The notes beneath the pieces are model-generated. The model did no database searches. It saw only the letters and a list, made by a program, of their open reading frames with translations, and was not told the DNA's origin. DNA of 64,000 nt, taken from the NCBI GenBank assembly GCA_964016885.1, contig OZ024741.1, positions 255,192,001 to 255,256,000 of the forward strand. The letters are read 5' to 3'. This document shows, one piece after another, positions 52,601 through 63,400 of the stretch. Both the position numbers and the translations under genes were made by a program. Origin of the DNA: Eledone cirrhosa. Taxonomy: Eukaryota. The first letter of the stretch is position 1, and every line of letters starts with the position of its first letter.

Positions 52601-55600
52601 GTTGTTGTTGTTACTGTTGCTGTTTTCTGTGTCAGTGCCAGTGTTGTTGTTGTTACTGTTGCTGTTTTCTGTGCCAGTGCCAGTGTTATTGTTGCTGTTG
52701 TTGCTGTTTTGTCTGTCAGTGCCAGTGTTGTAGTTGTTGCTGTTTTCTCTGTCAGTGCCAGTGTTGTTGTAGTTGTTGCTGTTTTCTGTGTCAGTGCCAG
52801 TGTTGTTGTTGTTGCTGTTTTCTCTGTCAGTGCCAGTGTTGTTGTAGTTGTTGCTGTTTTCTCTGTCAGTGACAGTGTTGTTGTAGTTGTTGCTGTTTTC
52901 TGTGTCAGTGCCAGTGTTGTTGTAGTTGTTGCTGTTTTTTCTGTCAGTGCCAGTGTTGTTGTTGTTGTTGCTGTTTTCTCTGTCAGTGCCAGTGTTGTAG
53001 TTGTTGCTGTTTTCTCTGTCAGTGCCAGTGTTGTTGTAGTTGTTGCTGTTTTCTGTGTCAGTGCCAGTGTTGTTGCTGTTGCTGTTTTCTCTGTCAGTGC
53101 CAGTGTTGTTGTAGTTGTTGCTGCTTTCTCTGTCAGTGCCAGTCTTGTTGTAGTTGTTGCTGATTTCTGTGTCAGTGCCAGTGTTGTTGTTGTTGCTGTT
53201 TTCTCTGTCAATGCCAGTGTTGTTGTAGTTGTTGCTGTTTTCTGTGTCAGTGCCACTGTTGTTGTTGCTGTTTTCTGTGTCAGTGCCAGTGTTGTTGTTG
53301 TTGCTGTTTTCTCTGTCAGTGCCAGTGTTGTTGTTGCTGTTTTCTCTGTCAGTGCCAGTGTTGTTGTTGTTGCTGTTTTCTGTGTCAGTGCCAGTGTTGT
53401 TGTAGTTGTTGCTGTTTTCTGTGCCAGTGCCAGTGTTGTTGTAGTTGTTGCTGTTTTCTGTGTCAGTGCCAGTGTTGTTGTAGTTGTTGCTGTTTTCTCT
53501 GTGAGTGCCAGTGTTGTTGTAGTTGTTGCTGTTTTCTCTGTCAGTGCCAGTGTTGTTGTAGTTGCTTTTTTCTGTGTCAGTGCCAGTGTTGTTGTTGTTG
53601 CTGTTTTCTCTGTCAGTGCCAGTGTTGTTGTAGTTGTTGCTGTTTTCTGTGCCAGTGCCAGTGTTATTGTTGCTGTTGTTGCAGTTTTGTCTGTCAGTGC
53701 CAGTGTTGTAGTTGTTGCTGTTTTCTCTGTCAGTGCCAGTGTTGTTGTAGTTGTTGCTGTTTTCTCTGTCAGTGCCAGTGTTGTTGTAGTTGTTGCTGTT
53801 TTCTGTGTCAATGCCATTGTTGTTGTTGTTGCTGTTTTCTCTGTCAGTGCCAGTGTTGTTGTTGTTGCTGTTTTCTCTGTCAGTGCCAGTGTTCTTGTTG
53901 TTGCTGTTTTCTCTGTCAGTGCCAGTGTTGTTGTAGTTGTTGCTGTTTTCTGTGTCAGTGCCAGTGTTGTTGTAGTTGTTGCTGTTTTCTCTGTCAGTGC
54001 CAGTGTTGTTGTAGTTGTTGCTGTTTTCTCTGTCAGTGCCAGTGTTGTTGTAGTTGTTGCTGTTTTCTGTGTCAGTGCCAGTGTTGTTGTTGTTGCTGTT
54101 TTCTCTGTCAGTGCCAGTGTTGTTGTAGTTGTTGCTGTTTTCTGTGTCAGTGCCAATGTTGTTGTTGCTGTTTTCTGTGTCGGTGCCAGTGTTGTTGTTG
54201 TTGCTGTTTTCTCTGTCAGTGCCAGTGTTGTTGTTGCTGTTTTCTCTGTCAGTACCAGTGTTGTTGTTGCTGTTTCCTGTGTCAGTGCCATTGTTATTGC
54301 TGTTGTTGCTGTTTTCTCTGTCAGTGCCAGTGTTGTTGTTGCTGTTGTTGCTGTGGCTGTTTTCTCTGTCAGTGCCAGTGTTGTTGTAGTTGTTGCTGTT
54401 TTCTCTGTCAGTGCCAGTGTTGTAGTTGTTGCTGTTTTCTGTGTCAGTGCCAGTGTTGTTGTTGTTTCTGTTTTCTCTGTCAGTGCCAGTGTTGTTGTAG
54501 TTGTTGCTGTTTTCTCTGTCAGTGCCAGTGTTGTTGTAGTTGTTGCTGTTTTCTGTGTCAGTGCCGGTGTTGTTGTTGTTGCTGTTTTCTCTGTCAGTGC
54601 CAGTGTTGTTGTTGTTGCTGTTTTCTCTGTCAGTGCCAGTGTTGTTGTAGTTGTTGCTGTTTTCTGTGCCAGTGCCAGTGTTACTGTTGCTGTTGTTGCT
54701 GTTTTGTCTGTCAGTGCCAGTGTTGTTGTTGTTGCTGTTTTCTCTGTCAGTGCCAGTGTTGTTGTTGTTGCTGTTTTCTGTGTCAGTGCCAGTGTTGTTG
54801 TAGTAGTTGCTGTTTTCTGTGTCAGTGCCAGTGTTGTTGTAGTTGTTGCTGTTTTCTGTGTCAGTGCCAGTGTTGTTGTAGTTGTTGCTGTTTTCTCTGT
54901 CAGTGCCAGTGTTGTTGTAGTTGTTGCTGTTTTCTCTGTCAGTGCCAGTGTTGTTGTAGTTGTTGCTGTTTTCTGTGTCAATGCCAGTGTTGTTGTTGTT
55001 GCTGTTTTCTCTGCCAGTGCCAGTGTTGTAGTTGTTGCTGTTTTCTCTGTCAGTGCCAGTGTTGTTGTAGTTGTTGCTGTTTTCTGTGTCACTGCCAGTG
55101 TTGTTGCTGTTGTTGCTGTTTTCTGTGTCAGTGCCAGTGTTGTTGTTGTTGCTGTTTTCTCTGTCAGTGCCAGTGTTGTTCTAGTTGTTGCTGTTTTCTG
55201 TGTCAGTGCCAGTGTTGTTGTAGTTGTTGCTGTTTTCTCTGTCAGTGCCAGTGTTGTTGTAGTTGTTGCTGTTTTCTCTGTCAGTGCCAGTGTTGTTGTA
55301 GTTGTTTCTGTTTTCTGTGTCAGTGCCAGTGTTGTTGTTGTTGCTGTTTTCTCTGTCAGTGCCAGTGTTGTTGTAGTTATTGCTGTTTTCTGTGTCAGTG
55401 CCACTGTTGTTGTTGCTGTTTTCTGTGTCAGTGCCAGTGTTGTTGTTGTTGCTGTTTTCTCTGTCAGTGCCAGTGTTGTTGTTGCGGTTTTCTCTGTCAG
55501 TGCCAGTGTTGTTGTTGCTGTTTTCTGTGTCAGTGCCATTGTTATTGCTGTTGTTGCTGTTTTCTCTGTCAGTGCCAGTGTTGTTGTAGTTGTTGCTGTT

Positions 55601-56775
55601 TTCTCTGTCAGTGCCAGTGTTGTTGTAATTGTTGCTATTTTCTGTGTCAGTGCCACTGTTGTTGCTGTTGTTGCTGTTTTCTGTGTCAGTGCCAGTGTTG
55701 TTGCTGTTGTTGCTGTTTTCTGTGTCAGTGCCAGTGTTGTTGTTGTTGCTGTTTACTGTGTCAGTGCCAGTGTTGTTGTTGCTATTTTCACTCTCAGTGC
55801 CAGTGTTGTTGTAGTTGTTGCTGTTTTCTGTGTCAGTGCCAGTGTTGTTGTTGTTGCTGTTTTCTCTGTCAGTGCCAGTGTTGTTGTAGCTGTTGCTGTT
55901 TTCTGTGTCAGTGCCAGTGTTGTTGTAGTTGTTGCTGTTTTCTGTGTCAGTGCCAGTGTTGTTGTTGTTGCTGTTTTCTCTGTCAGTGCCAGTGTTGTTG
56001 TAGTTGTTGCTGTTTTCTCTGTCAGTGCCAGTGTTGTTGTAGTTGTTGCTGTTTTTTGTGTCAGTGCCAGTGTTGTTGTAGTTGTTGCTGTTTTCTGTGT
56101 CAGTGCCAGTGTTGTTGTAGTTGTTGCTGTTTTCTCTGTCAGTGCCAGTGTTGTTGTTGTTGTTGCTGTTTTCTCTGTCAGTGCCAGTGTTGTAGTTGTT
56201 GCTGTTTTCTCTGTCAGTGCCAGTGTTGTTGTAGTTGTTGCTGTTTTCTGTGTCAGTGCCAGTGTTGTTGCTGTTGCTGTTTTCTCTGTCAGTGCCAGTG
56301 TTGTTGTAGTTGTTGCTGCTTTCTCTGTCAGTGCCAGTGTTGTTGTAGTTGTTGCTGTTTTCTGTGTCAGTGCCAGTGTTGTTGTTGTTGCTGTTTTCTC
56401 TGTCAATGCCAGTGTTGTTGTAGTTGTTGCTGTTTTCTGTGTCAGTGCCACTGTTGTTGTTTCTGTTTTCTGTGTCAGTGCCAGTGTTGTTGTTGTTGCT
56501 GTTTTCTCTGTCAGTGCCAGTGTTGTTGTTGCTGTTTTCTCTGTCAGTGCCAGTGTTGTTGTTGTTGCTGTTTTCTGTGTCAGTGCCATTGTTATTGCTG
56601 TTGTTGCTGTTTTCTGTGTCAGTGCCAGTGTTGTTGTTGCTGTTGTTGCTTTTTTCTGTGTCAGTGCCAGTGTTGTTGTAGTTGTTGCTGTTTTCTCTGT
56701 CAGTGCCAGTGTTGTAGTTGTTGCTGTTTTCTGTGTCAGTGCCAGTGTTGTTGTTGTTGCTATTTTCACTGTCAG
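44740..56775. repeat. Direct tandem duplication of a ~6 kb block (~44740-50720 and ~50721-56775; offset 6054, or 5982 left of a 72-bp indel)
   Basis: Pairs 46407/52461, 48075/54129, 49326/55380, 49575/55629, 49699/55753, 50370/56424 and 50664/56718 differ by 6054; 45438/51420 differ by 5982. A few private SNPs distinguish the copies (46167/52221, 49432/55486). Confidence 0.94.
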
Positions 56776-57039
56776 TGCCAGTGTTGTTGTTGTTGCTGTT
56801 TTGTGTGTCAGTGCCAGTGTTGTTGTTGTTGCTGTTTTCTTTGTCAGTGCCAGTGTTGTTGTTGTTACTGTTGCTGTTTTCTGTGTCAGTTCCAGTGTTG
56901 CTGTTGCTGTTTTCTGTGCCAGTGCCAGTGTTATTGTTGCTGTTGTTGCTGTTTTCTGTGTCAGTGCCACGGTTGTTGTTGTTGTTGTTGCTGTTTTCTG
57001 TGTCAGTGCCAGTGTTGTAGTTGTTTCTGTTTTCTGTGT

Positions 57040-60000
57040 CAGTGCCAGTGTTGTTGTAGTTGTTGCTGTTTTCTCTGTCAGTGCCAGTGTTGTTGTAGTT
57101 GTTGCTGTTTTCTCTGTCAGTGCCAGTGTTGTTGTAGTTGTTGCTGTTTTCTGTGTCAGTGCCAGTGTTGTTGTAGTTGTTGCTGTTTTCTGTGTCAGTG
57201 CCAGTGTTGTTGTAGTTGTTGCTGTTTACTCTGTCAGTGACAGTGTTGTTGTAGTTGTTGCTGTTTTCTCTGTCAGTGCCAGTGGTGTTGTAGTTGTTGC
57301 TGTTTTCTGTGTCAGTGCCAGTGTTGTTGTTGCTGTTTTCTCTGTCAGTGCCAGTGTTGTTGTAGTTGTTGCTGTTTTCTCTGACAGTGCCAGTGTTGTT
57401 GTAGTTGTTGCTGTTTTCTGTGTCAGTGCCAGTGTTGTTGTAGTTGTTGCTGTTTTCTCTGTCAGTGCCAGTGTTGTTGTTGTTGTTGCTGTTTTGTCTG
57501 TCAGTGCCAGTGTTGTAGTTGTTGCTGTTTTCTCTGTCAGTGCCAGTGTTGTTGTCGTTGTTGCTGTTTTCTGTGTCAGTGCCAGTGTTGTTGTTGTTGC
57601 TGTTTTCTGTGTCAGTGCCAGTGTTGTTGTTGTTGCTATTTTCACTGTCAGTGCCAGTGTTGTTGCTGTTGCTGTTTTCTCTGTCAGTGCCAGTGATGTT
57701 GTAGTTGTTGCTGTTTTCTGTGTTAGTGCCAGTGTTGTTGTAGTTGTTGCTGTTTTCTGTGTCAGTGCCAGTGTTGTTGCTGTTGCTGTTTTCTCTGTCA
57801 GTGCCAGTGTTGTTGTAGTTGTTGCTGCTTTCTCTGTCAGCGCCAGTGTTGCTGTAGTTGTTTCTGTTTTCTGTGTCAGTGCCAGTGTTGTTGTTGTTGC
57901 TGTTTTCTCTGTCAGTGCCAGTGTTGTTGTAGTTGTTGCTGTTTTCTGTGTCAGTGGCACTGTTGTTGTTGCTGTTTTCTGTGTCTGTGCCAGTGTTGTT
58001 GTTGTTGCTGTTTTCTCTGTCAGTGCCAGTGTTGTTGTAGTTGTTGCTGTTTTCTCTGTCAGTGCCAGTGTTGTTGTAGTTGTTGCTGTTTTCTGTGTCA
58101 GTGCCATTGTTTTTGTTGTTGCTGTTTTCTCTGTCAGTGCCAGTGTTGTTGTAGTTGTTGCTGTTTTCTCTGTCAGTGCCAGTGTTGTTGTAATTGTTGC
58201 TGTTTTCTGTGTCAGTGCCAGTGTTGTTGCTGTTGTTGCTGTTTTCTGTGTCAGTGCCAGTGTTGTTGTTGTTGGTGTTTTCTGTGTCAGTGCCAGTGTT
58301 GTTGTTGCTATTTTCACTGTCAGTGCCAGTGTTGTTGTAGTTGTTGCTGTTTTCTGTGTCAGTGCCAGTGTTGTTGTTGTTGCTGTTTTCTCTGTCAGTG
58401 CCAGTGTTGTTGTAGCTGTTGCTGTTTTCTGTGTCAGTGCCAGTGTTGTTGTAGTTGTTGCTGTTTACTGTGTCAGTGCCAGTGTTGTTGTAGTTGTTGC
58501 TGTTTTCTCTGTCAGTGCCAGTGTTGTTGTAGTTGTTGCTGTTTTCTCTGTCAGTGCCAGTGTTGTTGTAGTTGTTGCTGTTTTCTGTGTCAGTGCCAGT
58601 GTTGTTGTTGTTGCTGTTTTCTCTGTCAGTGCCAGTGTTGTTGTAGTTGTTGCTGTTTTCTCTGTCAGTGCCAGTGTTGTTATAGTTGTTGCTGTTTTCT
58701 GTGTCAGTGCCAGTGTTGTTGTAGTTGTTGCTGTTTTCTCTGTCAGAGCCAGTGTTGTTGTAGTTGTTGCTGTTTTCTGTGTCAGTGCCAGTGTTGTTGC
58801 TGTTGCTGTTTTCTCTGTCAGTGCCAGTGTTGTTGTAGTTGTTGCTGCTTTCTCTGTCAGTGCCAGTGTTGTTGTAGTTGTTGCTGTTTTCTGTGTCAGT
58901 GCCAGTGTTGTTGTTGTTGCTGTTTTCTCTGTCAATGCCAGTGTTGTTGTAGTTGTTGCTGTTTTCTGTGTCAGTGCCACTGTTGTTGTTGCTGTTTTCT
59001 GTGTCAGTGCCAGTGTTGTTGTTGTTGCTGTTTTCTCTGTCAGTGCCAGTGTTGTTGTTGCTGTTTTCTCTGTCAGTGCCAGTGTTGTTGTTGCTGTTTT
59101 CTGTGTCAGTGCCATTGTTATTGCTGTTGTTGCTGTTTTCTGTGTCAGTGCCAGTGTTGTTGTAGTTGTTGCTGTTTTCTGTGTCAGTGCCAGTGTTGTT
59201 GTAGTTGTTGCTGTTTTCTGTGTCAGTGCCAGTGTTGTTGTAGTTTTGCTGTTTTCTCTGTCAGTGCCAGTGTTGTTGTAGTTGTTGCTGTTTTCTCTGT
59301 CAGTGCCAGTGTTGTTGTAGTTGTTGCTGTTTTCTGTGTCAGTGCCAGTGTTGTTGTAGTTGTTGCTGTTTTCTGTGTCAGTGCCAGTGTTGTTGTAGTT
59401 GTTGCTGTTTTCTCTGTCAGTGCCAGTGTTGTTGTAGTTGTTGCTGTTTTCTCTGTCAGTGCCAGTGTTGTTGTAGTTGTTGCTGTTTTCTGTGTCAGTG
59501 CCAGTGTTGTTGTTGCTGTTTTCTCTGTCAGTGCCAGTGTTGTTGTAGTTGTTGCTGTTTTCTCTGACAGTGCCAGTGTTGTTGTAGTTGTTGCTGTTTT
59601 CTGTGTCAGTGCCAGTGTTGTTGTAGTTGTTGCTGTTTTCTCTGTCAGTGCCAGTGTTGTTGATGTTGTTGCTGTTTTGTCTGTCAGTGCCAGTGTTGTA
59701 GTTGTTGCTGTTTTCTCTGTCAGTGCCAGTGTTGTTGTCGTTGTTGCTGTTTTCTGTGTCAGTGCCAGTGTTGTTGTTGTTGCTGTTTTCTGTGGCAGTG
59801 CCAGTGTTGTTGTTGTTGCTATTTTCACTGTCAGTGCCAGTGTTGTTGCTGTTGCTGTTTTCTCTGTCAGTGCCACTGATGTTGTAGTTGTTGCTGTTTT
59901 CTGTGTCAGTGCCAGTGTTGTTGCTGTTGCTGTTTTCTCTGTCAGTGCCAGTGTTGTTGTAGTTGTTGCTGCTTTCTCTGTCAGTGCCAGTGTTGTTGTA

Positions 60001-60450
60001 GTTGTTTCTGTTTTCTGTGTCAGTGCCAGTGTTGTTGTTGTTGCTGTTTTCTCTGTCAGTGCCAGTGTTGTTGTAGTTGTTGCTGTTTTCTGTGTCAGTG
60101 CCACTGTTGTTGTTGCTGTTTTCTGTGTATGTGCCAGTGTTGTTGTTGTTGCTGTTTTCTCTGTCAGTGCCAGTGTTGTTGCTGTTTTCTCTGTCAGTGC
60201 CAGTGTTGTTGTAGTTGTTGCCGTTTTCTCTGTCAGTGCCAGTGTTGTTGTAGTTGTTGCTGTTTTCTGTGTCAGTGCCAGTGTTTTTGTTGTTGCTGTT
60301 TTCTCTGTCAGTGCCAGTGTTGTTATAGTTGTTGCTGTTTTCTCTGTCAGTGCCAGTGTTGTTGTAATTGTTGCTGTTTTCTGTGTCAGTGCCAGTGTTG
60401 TTGCTGTTGTTGCTGTTTTCTGTGTCAGTGCCAGTGTTGTTGTTGTTGCT
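57040..60450. repeat. Older, more diverged duplication (~57040-58260 vs ~59250-60450, offset ~2.2 kb)
   Basis: Shared rare variants CTCTGACAG (~57384/~59566), GTTTTGTCTG and GTTGTCGTT (~57556/~59739). ORF pair 57519/59702 has offset 2183. Many private differences. Confidence 0.75.
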
Positions 60451-63400
60451 GTTTTCTGTGTCAGTACCAGTGTTGTTGTTGTTGCTGTTTTCTCTGTCAA
60501 TGCCAGTGTTGTTGTAGTTGTTGCTGTTTTCTCTGTCAGTGCCAGTGTTGTTGTAGTTGTTGCTGTTTTCTGTGTCAGTGCCAGTGTTGTTGTAGTTGTT
60601 GCTGTTTTCTATGTCAGTGCCAGTGTTGTTGTTGTTGCTGCTGTTTTCTCTGTCAGTGCCAGTGTTGTAGTTGTTGCTGTTTTTTCTGTCAGTGCCAGTG
60701 TTGTTGTAGTTGTTGCTGTTTTCTGTGTCAGTGCCAGTGTTGTTGTTGTTGCTGTTTTCTGTGTCAGTTAGAGTGTTGTTGTTGTTGCTATTTTCACTGT
60801 CAGTGCCAGTGTTGTTGCTGTTGTTGTTTTCTCTGTCAGTGCCAGTGATGTTGTAGTTGTTGCTGTTTTCTGTGTTAGTGCCAGTGTTGTTGTAGTTGTT
60901 GCTGTTTTCTGTGTCAGTGCCAGTGTTGTTGTTGTTGCTGTTTTCTGTGTCAGTGCCAGTGTTGTTGTTGCTATTTTCACTGTCAGTGCCAGTGTTGTTG
61001 TAGTTGTTGCTGTTTTCTGTGTCAGTGCCAGTGTTGTTGTTGTTGCTGTTTTCTCTGTCAGTGCCAGTGTTGTTGTAGCTGTTGCTGTTTTCTGTGTCAG
61101 TGCCAGTGTTGTTGTAGTTGTTGCTGTTTACTGTGTCAGTGCCAGTGTTGTTGTAGTTGTTGCTGTTTTCTCTGTCAGTGCCAGTGTTGTTGTAGTTGTT
61201 GCTGTTTTCTCTGTCAGTGCCAGTGTTGTTGTAGTTGTTGCTGTTTTCTGTGTCAGTGCCAGTGTTGTTGTTGTTGCTGTTTTCTCTGTCAGTGCCAGTG
61301 CTGTTGTAGTTGTTGCTGTTTTCTCTGTCAGTGCCAGTGTTGTTGTAGTTGTTGCTGTTTTTTGTGTCAGTGCCAGTGTTGTTGTAGTTGTTGCTGTTTT
61401 CTCTGTCAGTGCCAGTGTTGTTGTTGTTGTTGCTGTTTTCTCTGTCAGTGCCAGTGTTGTAGTTGTTGCTGTTTTCTCTGTCAGTGCCAGTGTTGTTGTA
61501 GTTGTTGCTGTTTTCTGTGTCAGTGCCAGTGTTGTTGTTGCTGTTTTCTGTGTCAGTGCCAGTGTTGTTGTTGTTGCTATTTTCACTGTCAGTGCCAGTG
61601 TTGTTGCTGTTGCTGTTTTCTCTGTCAGTGCCAGTGATGTTGTAGTTGTTGCTGTTTTCTGTGTTAGTGCCAGTGTTGTAGTTGTTGCTGTTTTCTGTGT
61701 CAGTGCCAGTGTTGTTGCTGTTGCTGTTTTCTCTGTCAGTGCCAGTGTTGTTGTAGTTGTTGCTGCTTTCTCTGTCAGTGCCAGTGTTGTTGTAGTTGTT
61801 GCTGTTTTCTGTGTCAGTGCCAGTGTTGTTGTTGTTGCTGTTTTCTCTGTCAGTGCCAGTGTTGTTGTAGTTGTTGCTGTTTTCTGTGTCAGTGCCACTG
61901 TTGTTGTTGCTGTTTTCTCTGTCAGTGCCAGTGTTGTTGTAGTTTTTGCTGTTTTCTGTGTCAGTGCCAGTGTTGTTGTTGCTGTTTTCTGTGTCAGTGC
62001 CAGTGTTGTTGTTGTTGCTGTTTTCTCTGTCAGTGCCAGTGTTGTTGCTGTTACTATTTTCACTGTCACTGCCAGTGTTGTTGTTGTTGCTGTTTTCTGT
62101 GTGAGTGCCAGTGTTGTTGTTGTTGCTGTTTTCTTTGTCAGTGCCAGTGTTGTCGTTGTTACTGTTGCTGTTTTCTGTGTCAGTTCCAGTGTTGCTGTTG
62201 CTGTTTTCTGTGCCAGTGCCAGTGTTATTGTTGCTGTTGTTGCTGTTTTCTGTGTCAGTGCCAGTGTTGTTGTTGCTATTTTCTGTGTCAGTGCCAGTGT
62301 TGTTGTTGCTGTTGTTGCTGTTTTCTGTGCCAGTGTTGTTGTAGTTGTTGCTGTTTTCTGTGTCAGTGCCGGTGTTGTTGTTGTTGCTGTTTTCTCTGTC
62401 AGTGCCAGTGTTGTTGTTGTTGCTGTTTTCTCTGTCAGTGCCAGTGTTGTTGTTGTTGCTGTTTTCTGTGTCAGTGCCAGTGTTGTTGTAGTTGTTGCTG
62501 TTTTCTGTGTCAGTGCCAGTGTTGTTGTAGTTGTTGCTGTTTTCCAGTGTTGTTGTAGTTGTTGCTGTTTTCTCTGTCAGTGCCAGTGTTGTTGTAGTTG
62601 TTGATGTTTTCTGTGTCAATGCCAGTGTTGTTGTTGTTGCTGTTTTCTCTGTCAGTGCCAGTGTTGTAGTTGTTGCTGTTTTCTCTGTCAGTGCCAGTGT
62701 TGTTGTAGTTGTTGCTGTTTTCTGTGTCAGTGCCAGTGTTGTTGCTGTTTTCTGTGTCAATGCCAGTGTTGTTGTTGTTGCTGTTTTCTCTGTCAGTGCC
62801 AGTGTTGTTGTTGTTGCTGTTTTCTCTGTCAGTGCCAGTGTTTTTGTTGTTGCTGTTTTCTGTGTCAGTGCCAGTGTTGTTCTAGTTGTTGCTGTTTTCT
62901 GTGTCAGTGCCAGTGTTGTTGTAGTTGTTGCTGTTTTCTCTGTCAGTGCCAGTGTTGTTGTAGTTGTTGCTGTTTTCTCTGTCAGTGCCAGTGTTGTTGT
63001 TGCTGTTTTCTCTGTCAGTGCCAGTGTTGTTGTTGCTGTTTTCTGTGTCAGTGCCATTGTTATTGCTGTTGTTGCTGTTTTCTCTGTCAGTGCCAGTGTT
63101 GTTGTTGCTGTTGTTGCTGTGGCTCTTTTCTCTGTCAGTGCCAGTGTTGTTGTAGTTGTTGCTGTTTTCTCTGTCAGTGCCATTGTTGTAGTTGTTGCTG
63201 TTTTCTGTGTCAGTGCCAGTGTTGTTGTTGTTGCTGTTTTCTCTGTCAGTGCCAGTGTTGTTGTAGTTGTTGCTGTTTTCTCTGTCAGTGCCAGTGTTGT
63301 TGTAGTTGTTGCTGTTTTCTCTGTCAGTGCCAGTGTTGTTGTAGTTGTTGCTGTTTTCTGTGTCAGTGCCGGTGTTGTTGTTGTTGCTGTTTTCTCTGTC

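Noticed and set aside
32957-59281. 8774-aa + strand Val-rich ORF (VSASVVVVVAVF[C/S])n and similar ORFs at 2681, 10239 and 18878
   Set aside because: It is almost wholly hydrophobic with nearly no charged residues and starts at an incidental GTG/TTG. Few codons in this frame are one step from a stop, so it stays open by default. The SAS motif only superficially recalls serine-rich repeat adhesins.
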